IMG/VR virus record: IMGVR_UViG_3300025296_000078
Location: 1-31,351 of that record
Direction: 5' to 3' (one strand)
Length of the DNA stretch: 31,351 nucleotides
From: a virus
Taxonomy: Duplodnaviria; Caudoviricetes
Shown here: positions 1 to 7,170 of the stretch, piece after piece
Position numbering within the stretch: position 1 is the stretch's first letter
Layout: every line of letters starts with the position of its first letter
Made by a program: the position numbers and the translations under genes
The notes under the pieces: model-generated
What the model was told of the DNA's origin: nothing
Seen by the model: the letters and a program-made list of their open reading frames with translations, nothing else
Database searches by the model: none

Positions 1-71
1 GAGTCAACCAACGGAGAGAAAAATCAACTCCTCCCCTACAATAAAGGTTTACTAACTTTCTGTCAATTTAA

Positions 72-130
72 TTGGAGAGGATAGAATGTGACTCTAGGGT
101 GACATCATGCTCATGGCTAATCCTCTCCAA
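72..130 (-). ncRNA. candidate TIGR stem-loop guide RNA unit (tigRNA-like)
   Basis: Minus strand: 11-bp stem TTGGAGAGGAT/ATCCTCTCCAA enclosing TAG-CCA-TGAGCATGA(9)-TGTCAC-CCT-AGAGTCACA(9)-TT; lies downstream of a Nop/IS110-like gene on the same strand. Confidence 0.55.
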
Positions 131-147
131 AGTGAATACCGATTTCT

Positions 148-303
148 TTACCGTTCACCCCCTTACCCTTTTTAAACTAACAAGTTAAAACGGTAACGCC
201 CTATTACCGTATTACCGTCCGAACGGTAAACGGTAATAGAACGGTAACAACCCATTACCGTATATTACTCCTTTAAATAGAGGTAGTTAAGAGTAAACGG
301 TAA
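148..303. repeat. cluster of 9 ACGGTAA/TTACCGT heptamers (iteron-like)
   Basis: Exact copies at 148, 190, 204, 212, 223, 230, 241, 255, 297 in both orientations; two inverted pairs are each separated by exactly 35 bp. Confidence 0.85.
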
Positions 304-321
304 TGATTTTGGGGATTTATA

Positions 322-585
322 TCAGAACTTTCTAGTGAACTGCTCATTTCCACAATCTGAACATTCGTAATACCAAATCCTTGGCATCTTCTTAATAATC
401 TTAAGACCAGGATTTCCACACTTTTTACAGTATTTAAAAACTCCTCCCCCTCGACGTCCGTTTATTTTTGCAGTTTTGATCTTGGCTTCAGATTTAGACA
501 ACCCTCCTATCTTCCCTCCTTTTCTCCCTAGATAGGCAGCGCATTCACTATCATCAATTTCTTGTCGGCAGTGGGGGCACTTCAT
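322..585 (-). CDS. small basic Zn-ribbon protein with KGG-type motif, likely DNA-binding
   Basis: CPHC, CKKC, CSDC motifs; GRKGGKIGGLSKSEAKIKTAKINGRRGG; GGAGG RBS; ATGA overlap with upstream gene. Confidence 0.7.
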   Translation of the reverse strand: MKCPHCRQEIDDSECAAYLGRKGGKIGGLSKSEAKIKTAKINGRRGGGVFKYCKKCGNPGLKIIKKMPRIWYYECSDCGNEQFTRKF

Positions 586-1091
586 AGTCGAACCTCCAAG
601 CTTCCATTTGCTTCTCGATACATCTGATCAAGTTCATTAGTAGTAAGTTGGTCAGAGACTTTTATTGTAGGATTGTTCTTTATGCTCCTGTATACAGTTT
701 CTTCAAATCTTAGTCGTTTCAAGGTAGTTTTAACTGTTGGTATTCGCGTATGGATTTGTGCCAATACATCCTCTGCGAATGCATTCCCCAACACTACACT
801 ACCTTGTAGTGGATAGTCGTAGATACTTAACATATCTTGACCTGTCAATCGGAGTCCGTTCAGGCCACGGTCGGGCATAGCATTTTGTGGATGTTCTATG
901 GCATGAATGATCTCCGTGCGTCGCTTGGATTTCTCTTTTAATAGTAGCTGGTTCAACGTTGCGCCTATGTATATTTCAACTAACTCAGGATCGTTCACAA
1001 TCCTATCTTTCATCATAAGTTTTGCTCGATTGATGTCACCATCACAGAGATCAAAACATTCCTTTGTAAGTAATTCAATTTTTTGTGGCAT
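582..1091 (-). CDS. hypothetical protein, directly downstream of the Tas-like gene
   Basis: 169-aa ORF with GGAGG RBS, 10 nt after the Nop-domain gene. Confidence 0.75.
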   Translation of the reverse strand: MPQKIELLTKECFDLCDGDINRAKLMMKDRIVNDPELVEIYIGATLNQLLLKEKSKRRTEIIHAIEHPQNAMPDRGLNGLRLTGQDMLSIYDYPLQGSVVLGNAFAEDVLAQIHTRIPTVKTTLKRLRFEETVYRSIKNNPTIKVSDQLTTNELDQMYREANGSLEVRL

Positions 1092-1101
1092 AAATCCTCC
1101 A

Positions 1102-1974
1102 TTAAGTTAATTTGTTCCATGCTTCCCACATATCGACGAGTAATCTCTTTTCCATATACCGTTGTGCCCGTCTGTGAATATGCAATTTTGATTTGAGCTC
1201 AGGGTTTTTAGCTTCCTCAATTTTCCGTTCATCGTAAAGTTTTTTATACACTCCATCCCTGTTTGATTTGATCAACACGTCCCCTACCTGCCAAAGTACA
1301 GAGCGTCTTCGAGGACTGTAGCCATGTACTAAAGCTTTCGGCGCATTATTCTTCAAACCAAATCCCTGACGTTCTCCCTCAATTACTGCGACGCCAAATC
1401 GTTTCCAGACCTTGGCGGGGTTAGGATATTTGCTAAGGTTACCAACTTCTCCTACTAAGAGTGCCAACAATAATGGTCCTATTCCCCGAACAGGTTCAGC
1501 CCATTTCCAGATCGGTAATTTTTTTACCTCTGATTCCATGAGTGATTCGTAGCTTTTCCGTCTGGCTTTGGATTCTTTGTGAAAATCCCTGAACATAAAC
1601 AGATGCATAATACACCAGTGCGGGATCTTGAATTCCTTGGCTCCAAGTTCAACCAGGATGTGATCAGAGAAAGGGTTATCAAGTTTAACTCTACCGTGGG
1701 TAGACGTATCGTGCGGTAACTCTTTTAGTATCCTTGGAGATTCATTTGGTCCACAATCAACAACTCTACGAATAATGCCACACATCTTATTGTGTACCGC
1801 CGTTTGCATTCTCATGAAATCATTTCGGATTCGTTGCCAATGGGTTATCCTGTCAATAATTTCGGGGATAGTATCGCTACTATCCCCATTAACGGGAGTT
1901 TTTTCTATATAAGACCAAGGGGTTTCATCGATCTGAAGGTCACTCCCGTTAAACTGTCCAGTATGGGTTTTCAT
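1102..1974 (-). CDS. IS110/Nop-domain RNA-binding protein without RuvC (TasA-like)
   Basis: C-terminal half has IS110 Transposase_20/Nop-like motifs (VRGIGPLLLALLVGEVGNLSKYPNPAKVWKRFG, GYSPRRRSVLWQVGDVLIK, HIHRRAQRYMEKRLLVDMW); no N-terminal DEDD domain; AGGAGG RBS. Confidence 0.75.
   Translation of the reverse strand: MKTHTGQFNGSDLQIDETPWSYIEKTPVNGDSSDTIPEIIDRITHWQRIRNDFMRMQTAVHNKMCGIIRRVVDCGPNESPRILKELPHDTSTHGRVKLDNPFSDHILVELGAKEFKIPHWCIMHLFMFRDFHKESKARRKSYESLMESEVKKLPIWKWAEPVRGIGPLLLALLVGEVGNLSKYPNPAKVWKRFGVAVIEGERQGFGLKNNAPKALVHGYSPRRRSVLWQVGDVLIKSNRDGVYKKLYDERKIEEAKNPELKSKLHIHRRAQRYMEKRLLVDMWEAWNKLT
1864..1952 (-). ncRNA. second candidate TIGR stem-loop unit embedded in the 5' end of the Tas-like ORF, plus adjacent 10-bp hairpin
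   Basis: 11-bp inverted repeat 1889-1899/1942-1952 enclosing CCT-TCAGATCGA(9)-TGAAAC-CCC-TTGGTCTTA(9)-TA; hairpin GGGGATAGTA/TACTATCCCC at 1864-1887. Confidence 0.45.
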
Positions 1975-2248
1975 TTCTATCCTCCTTTTCTTGCTTATCC
2001 ATTTCCTTTTCGATCCGATCTAGACATTCATCTAACACCTCGTGTGCGATCTCTCTCACTTCTTCGTAGGTTGATCCTCCTGGTACTTTGATGTTATGCC
2101 TAATGGGCGTCCCTACCTTCACATCAGAATCACCGTACCAAATGCTTGCGTTCATATTTGGCGACAATGATATGCAAGCTTGGTTTAGATCCTTATTAAA
2201 GCTGAAGGCCGGTTCCAGGTATCGACCTCTAATAGTTTGTCTTTTCAT
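1949..2248 (-). CDS. hypothetical phage protein
   Basis: 99-aa ORF, GGAGG RBS, overlaps neighbours in operon fashion. Confidence 0.7.
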   Translation of the reverse strand: MKRQTIRGRYLEPAFSFNKDLNQACISLSPNMNASIWYGDSDVKVGTPIRHNIKVPGGSTYEEVREIAHEVLDECLDRIEKEMDKQEKEDRNENPYWTV

Positions 2249-2547
2249 TTTTCCTCCATAAGCTTCTCAAGCTCTTTGTTCTTCTCCTTTATTTTGTGTT
2301 CCAATTCTTTGATTCTCTTTTCATTGTCCCCACGCCGATTAAGTTCTTGAATGGATGTGTTCAAGGCATCCTCTATCCAAGAAGCTGTTTCAATGTCTAC
2401 CGTGAGACTTTGTTCAAATGAGCAGTCAGAGTTAATACCTTCTTTATTTATTTTGTGACTCCATGTAGTAATTCTCATATATACTTTCTTGGAATCTTCA
2501 AGCGGTATTATCACTAAAGAAATATCATCCGTAATTTTCTTTATCAT
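2245..2547 (-). CDS. hypothetical protein with C-terminal coiled coil
   Basis: 100 aa, ATGA overlaps at both ends, E/K-rich C-terminus. Confidence 0.7.
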   Translation of the reverse strand: MIKKITDDISLVIIPLEDSKKVYMRITTWSHKINKEGINSDCSFEQSLTVDIETASWIEDALNTSIQELNRRGDNEKRIKELEHKIKEKNKELEKLMEEK

Positions 2548-2990
2548 TTCATATCTCCCTCTTCCATATTGTCATTTCCTCCATTGATAGGTAGATCCAA
2601 GCGGTGACTTTCTCGCTTGGATATCTTTTCTTCTAACTCATCGACAATGGCTTTGATTGAATCGACATATTCAAGGATGTTTGCGAATTGTTCGATTGCT
2701 GCCTTTTGATTTTCTTCCAGCGCCCCAATCCTCAGACCAGTTTTCCATAGAACAGCATGTCGATAATTTTTCTCCCATTCATCCATCCGTTTTTCCTGAC
2801 CCCTCAAAACAACGGTCAGGGCTTCGTAGTCTTCTGCTTGCTCTTTTCTTACCTCAGAAATCCCTTTGGCGAGATCCAAAAGTACCTCACCCAGCTTCTC
2901 AAAGGTACTCGCTGTTGTACCGACCACACTTGATCGTTGTGTTACTTTTGTTTTGCTCCGGTCTTGTCCTGTGTTGATTAAATCTTTCAC
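2544..2990 (-). CDS. hypothetical coiled-coil protein
   Basis: GTG start with GGAGG RBS, heptad-rich 148 aa. Confidence 0.7.
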   Translation of the reverse strand: MKDLINTGQDRSKTKVTQRSSVVGTTASTFEKLGEVLLDLAKGISEVRKEQAEDYEALTVVLRGQEKRMDEWEKNYRHAVLWKTGLRIGALEENQKAAIEQFANILEYVDSIKAIVDELEEKISKRESHRLDLPINGGNDNMEEGDMK

Positions 2991-3003
2991 GATTTCGTCC
3001 TCC

Positions 3004-3038
3004 AGTTAGCTTCCCTCTTTAATTGAGGGAAGCTAACT
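3004..3038. terminator. perfect 14-bp hairpin between genes (terminator or processing site)
   Basis: AGTTAGCTTCCCTC-7 nt-GAGGGAAGCTAACT; no clear U-tract; abuts the next RBS. Confidence 0.5.
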
Positions 3039-3046
3039 ATGTTGGT

Positions 3047-3760
3047 TTATTGAAGTACATTAAGACGGTCTGAAAACAGTCTAAACAAATCAGCAGATTG
3101 GAACTGCATTGATGCGCTTCTCAATTTATTTACCTGTGTAAATGCGTTGAGTAAAGACCATGCTGTTCTGGGCTGAAATGCATCGTAGTTTGGTCTTTCC
3201 CATTGCTCCAATACTAACGGCAATTTGGATGCTGGAAACGCGCCACGTTTCATAGCAGAGATCATAAGGTAGCTAGCCTGGATATTATTAATTTTAGCTA
3301 ACTTAAACCTATCAATCTGATCAGTCTGTCTATTAATATAGCTGGGCAGTTGTTTGAAAAGGCTATCGATCATATACGGTAAGTCTTGTACCATGTTGCG
3401 TGTATGCTTCCGCCGTATTACTACTTCGCCAGAGAAAATGAGATTGTCGCATACAAAAATATTTACTCCGGCGCATAATCCCACCGCTATTGATTTATTG
3501 TGTGAATGCCTTAAACCCAAACAAATCTGCTGATCGTTAGTATCACTATCACAGGTCATTACTCCGAATAGTTGGTTACCCTCACAGGCTAGCGAAAACT
3601 TTTCGCGATTAGGCACAAGACCGGCTCGATTAGCTCCAGCCCGTACTTGCTGGATAAAATCGCCATGAGGTATTGGATAGTGTGAGAATGTAGCCGGCGG
3701 TGTTGCTACCGCTCTAACCTGTTCTTCTGTTGTTTCAAATCCACATAACGTTGCTGCCAT
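3047..3760 (-). CDS. DUF932-family phage/plasmid protein
   Basis: HYPIPH, GLRHSHNKS, FVCDNLIFSG, RRKHT and TAWSLLNAFT motifs typical of DUF932/DUF945. Confidence 0.8.
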   Translation of the reverse strand: MAATLCGFETTEEQVRAVATPPATFSHYPIPHGDFIQQVRAGANRAGLVPNREKFSLACEGNQLFGVMTCDSDTNDQQICLGLRHSHNKSIAVGLCAGVNIFVCDNLIFSGEVVIRRKHTRNMVQDLPYMIDSLFKQLPSYINRQTDQIDRFKLAKINNIQASYLMISAMKRGAFPASKLPLVLEQWERPNYDAFQPRTAWSLLNAFTQVNKLRSASMQFQSADLFRLFSDRLNVLQ

Positions 3761-3805
3761 TGTTTCGTCCTCCTGTAATGTTGTATTAACTGTATTTTTT
3801 ATTTC

Positions 3806-4645
3806 TTACATATGCGGTCCCGTGTAATCCAACACGAATCCAGTATTGTCTTTTTTCGCCCTACCCTTTGGCGTTAGCCCGACTATTACAGGAACATCGG
3901 ATCCAGGATTGTCCAAAAACCTGAAGTCGTGCAAATCTCCATTTATTACCTTGTAGGGTACATCACCGACTTTGTAAGTCTCTGGCAATCCGCCGCGAAA
4001 CAGCACAGCTAAATTATAGCCTTTCTCCAATGCTAGCCTTGAATCCTTCGCGTTGTTTTCCTTGCGTGAGAAGGTTAGATGATAATTGGCGGGTTCCCGA
4101 CCAAGTCGCGCCAGTATGGCTGTATAGTCGTACCATTGGATCCAAGGGAAAGAATGCATCGGACTATCGTGGTGCTCCAGTAAAGTCTCAAACGCAACAT
4201 CTGTTGCCAAATTTGACCGAATAGCCGTCACCATAATTGGCAGTAGTTTGGGATCCCGTTTGCAAAAGCTTTGCGGTCTTTGCATTGCTGCATCATGCAC
4301 CTTGTGAATATCTTCAATGAATAGCCGCATGAATTTGGCACGGTCTTCAAAGAACAGATTCACTTGACTCTGTCGCGCCTTCATTACATTGGGAAAGAAT
4401 CCGCGGCCAGCGTACGCAACGCAAGCTTCCAGACAAGCTGGTGATGCATCTGTACAGAGTTTCTTACGCTGTTCTAGAATCTCCTCTCTGGTACCATATG
4501 GAGCCATAGACAAGTTAAAGGATCTGATATCGTAAAGGTTATAGTAACCTTTGTAGAATGGGCTATCGATTCTAAGGAACCCATCGGATCCGCGTTTATT
4601 GGTTTTGTAGTTGGTAGTTCCCTCACGTAATAAGTTTAACTTCAT
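3806..4645 (-). CDS. GP88-like phage protein
   Basis: LC..ASPACLEAC...AGRG, IQWYDYT, NYHLTFSRKE, INGDLHDFRFLD, IVGLTPKGRAKKDNTGFV motifs. Confidence 0.7.
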   Translation of the reverse strand: MKLNLLREGTTNYKTNKRGSDGFLRIDSPFYKGYYNLYDIRSFNLSMAPYGTREEILEQRKKLCTDASPACLEACVAYAGRGFFPNVMKARQSQVNLFFEDRAKFMRLFIEDIHKVHDAAMQRPQSFCKRDPKLLPIMVTAIRSNLATDVAFETLLEHHDSPMHSFPWIQWYDYTAILARLGREPANYHLTFSRKENNAKDSRLALEKGYNLAVLFRGGLPETYKVGDVPYKVINGDLHDFRFLDNPGSDVPVIVGLTPKGRAKKDNTGFVLDYTGPHM

Positions 4646-4737
4646 TAGTTGTTCTCCATTGTTATTGGTTTGTTTGCTCTATTAAGGGGCCAGAGCACAA
4701 AGTTAGGCTGGCCCCTTTGTACAACAAACAAAGCCGA

Positions 4738-4989
4738 CTATTTAATCCAATCCTTCTTCATCCATGTCTGGAATTGTGACTCCAGATCCCGTACTATCTT
4801 TACTTTTTCTTCCGGACTCAGCTTCTCCAATTCGGGGTCATTTGCGGCACGTTCCACACATTCTTGAATAATCTTTGTTGTAAGAGACGTTTTTTTCTTG
4901 TTTTCCCTCTCGACCAATATGCTCGCGATGTCCTTCACATCTTCGTATATGTCCTTCATCCCGTCGCTTTCTGTAAATGTTTTTTCCAT
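4738..4989 (-). CDS. hypothetical early protein
   Basis: Start moved to ATG at 4989, preceded by GGAGGAAACA. Confidence 0.7.
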   Translation of the reverse strand: MEKTFTESDGMKDIYEDVKDIASILVERENKKKTSLTTKIIQECVERAANDPELEKLSPEEKVKIVRDLESQFQTWMKKDWIK

Positions 4990-5095
4990 TGTTTCCTCCA
5001 TTTATTTGTGAATCCATTATTGGATTCATGGAATACCCAGCTCCAATTGTCTGGGTACTCCCTGCATCCAATAACTGCATAGGATGAGCCGGCTA

Positions 5096-5395
5096 TTATG
5101 GAATTAGGCTAAAAAGTTTCTCAATTCTCTTATTGGCTTCGTCTAATTCTTCTTTGATTTGGATAGCTGGTTCTGGGTTAAATACGATATCTAGGACCAT
5201 TGCGATTGCGTGTTCTAGTTCTTGGCTAATGCTTCCATCCCTATTTGGATTTGTTTCCAAAGTATTCCATAGTTCCTCGAATTGAGTTTGTCTGTCATGC
5301 ATTCCTTCAAGTAGATAGGCTAGTTTGGAAGTCATTTTTTTAGCCTTTTCTATATTGTTAGCCCAAGACTTTCTACGACTGTTGTGTATTTTCAT
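5096..5395 (-). CDS. hypothetical helical early protein
   Basis: Start moved to ATG at 5395 (MKIHNSRRK), preceded by GGGAGAACAACTA. Confidence 0.7.
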   Translation of the reverse strand: MKIHNSRRKSWANNIEKAKKMTSKLAYLLEGMHDRQTQFEELWNTLETNPNRDGSISQELEHAIAMVLDIVFNPEPAIQIKEELDEANKRIEKLFSLIP

Positions 5396-5657
5396 TAGTT
5401 GTTCTCCCTTTTTGTTTGGCATATTCAGTCTTGAATAGCTTGATATCTGATGAGGGGATCTCATAACCCCATTGGTACAGTTGGAACCATTCATCGGAAC
5501 CTTTGACGACTTTTCTATCTGATATGAAGAAGTCGTTGTTCTTGACGTCCAGCATTGCATCCGCAATTTCGTCTTTTTTTGTGTAAATGTGGCAATCAAT
5601 ACAAGCTCCAATTTCAAGGTCTATCGCGAAGCCTTCTTTGCAGTATTTGCATTTCAT
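5373..5657 (-). CDS. hypothetical protein with N-terminal Zn finger
   Basis: CKYC...CIDC; AAGGAGGT RBS. Confidence 0.7.
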   Translation of the reverse strand: MKCKYCKEGFAIDLEIGACIDCHIYTKKDEIADAMLDVKNNDFFISDRKVVKGSDEWFQLYQWGYEIPSSDIKLFKTEYAKQKGRTTNENTQQS

Positions 5658-5738
5658 CGCTTTTACCTCCTTTCCAGATCATCATCCGATCCACAAAGGG
5701 CTCAAGCTATTGAGCCCTTGCTGCATAGGATGATCAAA

Positions 5739-5942
5739 TCAAGACCGATCTTCCAAAATATGCAGTAGCACCTGAGCAGCTAGCAATGCGTCCTGATAGG
5801 CATCGACTGGATCCAATGTTCTTCCCCGTGAAATTATGTCATGCGTAAAATAGTGAACGCTTAAATCGTGTTCAATCCTGCGGGGATCAACAGGGGTCAC
5901 TGAGTCGCGTGTAATTGATTTTGGTTTATCCATGATTTTCAT
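5739..5942 (-). CDS. hypothetical protein, first gene of early transcript
   Basis: AAGGAGG RBS immediately after a sigma70 promoter. Confidence 0.7.
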   Translation of the reverse strand: MKIMDKPKSITRDSVTPVDPRRIEHDLSVHYFTHDIISRGRTLDPVDAYQDALLAAQVLLHILEDRS

Positions 5943-5966
5943 TTGGTTTCCTCCTTTCTGTGTATT

Positions 5967-5995
5967 ATTCTACCAAGCGGTTTGGGTCATGTCAA
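5967..5995 (-). promoter_or_regulatory. sigma70-type early promoter
   Basis: TTGACA-17 bp-TAGAAT with extended -10 TG; spacer holds the quasi-palindrome CCAAACCGCTTGG. Confidence 0.85.
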
Positions 5996-6373
5996 CAGAA
6001 ATCGACATCAAATCAAAATAAATCTAATGGAGTCAATGGATTAGGTGCCGGATAGCTGGGAATCGTGTATCGGTTTGGGGTCTTGTTTGGGCTGATGGAA
6101 GGATCCGTTGGAGGATGCGGAGCAGGCCTGGGCAACCGGAGCAGGTGAAGCATCCTCCCCACGGGTCGACGGCCGCGGCGGCGGCGTAATTTTTTGGCGG
6201 GGCGTAGCTCCGCTACTTCAAAGCGAGTACCGTAAGGTACTCAGTACCTTTTCTCTTCTCTTAATTACTTCTAGATGTAAGTACCTTATTCTTCTCTTAT
6301 CTTCAACAATCAATAATGACTTCTAGGAATCCTGTTTCCTCCACCTCTTATAGTAAGGCCCCCTACAGACGTA

Positions 6374-6500
6374 TAAACTGTTGATTTTAAATGAGTTGGA
6401 ACCCCAATAAAAAAATTTTTTAAAAAATTTAGTCGAAAACACCGACTACAGCTAAACCATTGTATTTATTAACTTTATAGCCATGTAGTCGATGTAGTCG
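6374..6500. promoter_or_regulatory. IHF-type sites with inverted CGACTACA repeats
   Basis: TAAACTGTTGATT (6374-6386) fits YAANNNNTTGATW; CGACTACA at 6443, TGTAGTCG at 6484 and 6493; A/T tract 6409-6430. Confidence 0.6.
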
Positions 6501-6607
6501 CCTTTTTAGGGGTAGAAAGGGTAGTTGGACAAACTAACTATACTCGCCCAAAGGGCGAGGGAAACTCTTTATGCTGAACACAAGAATGATGGTGTCCCTG
6601 GGGGGAT

Positions 6608-6829
6608 TTAGCTCAATACCACAAATTCCCAATAAGGCTCATGGTATTTTGCTACATCTGGGGAATGATACTCGACTTCTCGGTTGGAATTAGAGCATTT
6701 ACCCTCTGGGTGGATCAGCTTAATGATCTGAATGAAGTTAGGTTTGGATGATGGAGGCAGATCTTTAAATTTTAGGAGGGCATTGCAGTCAGCACAATAA
6801 AGTTCTGCTGGTTTTTTGTAGGCAATCAT
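6608..6829 (-). CDS. small hypothetical protein, possibly Zn-binding
   Basis: CADC...H...C; ATGA overlap. Confidence 0.6.
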   Translation of the reverse strand: MIAYKKPAELYCADCNALLKFKDLPPSSKPNFIQIIKLIHPEGKCSNSNREVEYHSPDVAKYHEPYWEFVVLS

Positions 6830-7170
6830 AGTTTAAAGGCCATTTTCTTAGGATGAGTGGGTTTTACAGACCGAACTGACATCAAAACGATGTCTTCTAC
6901 GATAATAACTTCTTTATTCACGACATTATAGAATCGAAGTAGCATACCATCTAGTCGTACAAAGTCAGATTCGATGTTGACAGTCGAACCATCAGTAAAT
7001 GTGATAACAAAGCCTGTAAGTTCCTCTTGAGGGAACCATACCATCGCTGTGGTTAGCATACAATACAGCAAAAATGAGGTAAAAAGCACGAGAATTGTGG
7101 ATTTAATGTAATTTCGGGGTTTCAATAGATTAACCTTAAACTTCAATAACCTTTCCATTGAAGAAAACAC
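6826..7170 (-). CDS. hypothetical membrane-anchored protein (start uncertain)
   Basis: Hydrophobic stretch ILVLFTSFLLYCMLTTAMVWF followed by a beta-rich domain. Confidence 0.55.
   Translation of the reverse strand: MFSSMERLLKFKVNLLKPRNYIKSTILVLFTSFLLYCMLTTAMVWFPQEELTGFVITFTDGSTVNIESDFVRLDGMLLRFYNVVNKEVIIVEDIVLMSVRSVKPTHPKKMAFKL

Noticed and set aside
148-303. CRISPR array
   Set aside because: Repeats are 7 bp, in mixed orientation and irregularly spaced
1655-1705. Third TIGR-like unit inside the Tas-like ORF (TGATAACCC)
   Set aside because: First CCN box missing and no enclosing long stem
1102-1974. Active IS110 insertion sequence
   Set aside because: No N-terminal DEDD/RuvC domain or element ends; the gene is integrated in a coupled phage operon
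3806-4645. GP88-like protein as PqqE-type radical SAM partner of PqqA
   Set aside because: No canonical CxxxCxxC or SPASM domain; separate early operon
6108-6326. 72-aa plus-strand ORF
   Set aside because: TTG start, low-complexity translation of a GC-rich regulatory region, opposite to flanking genes
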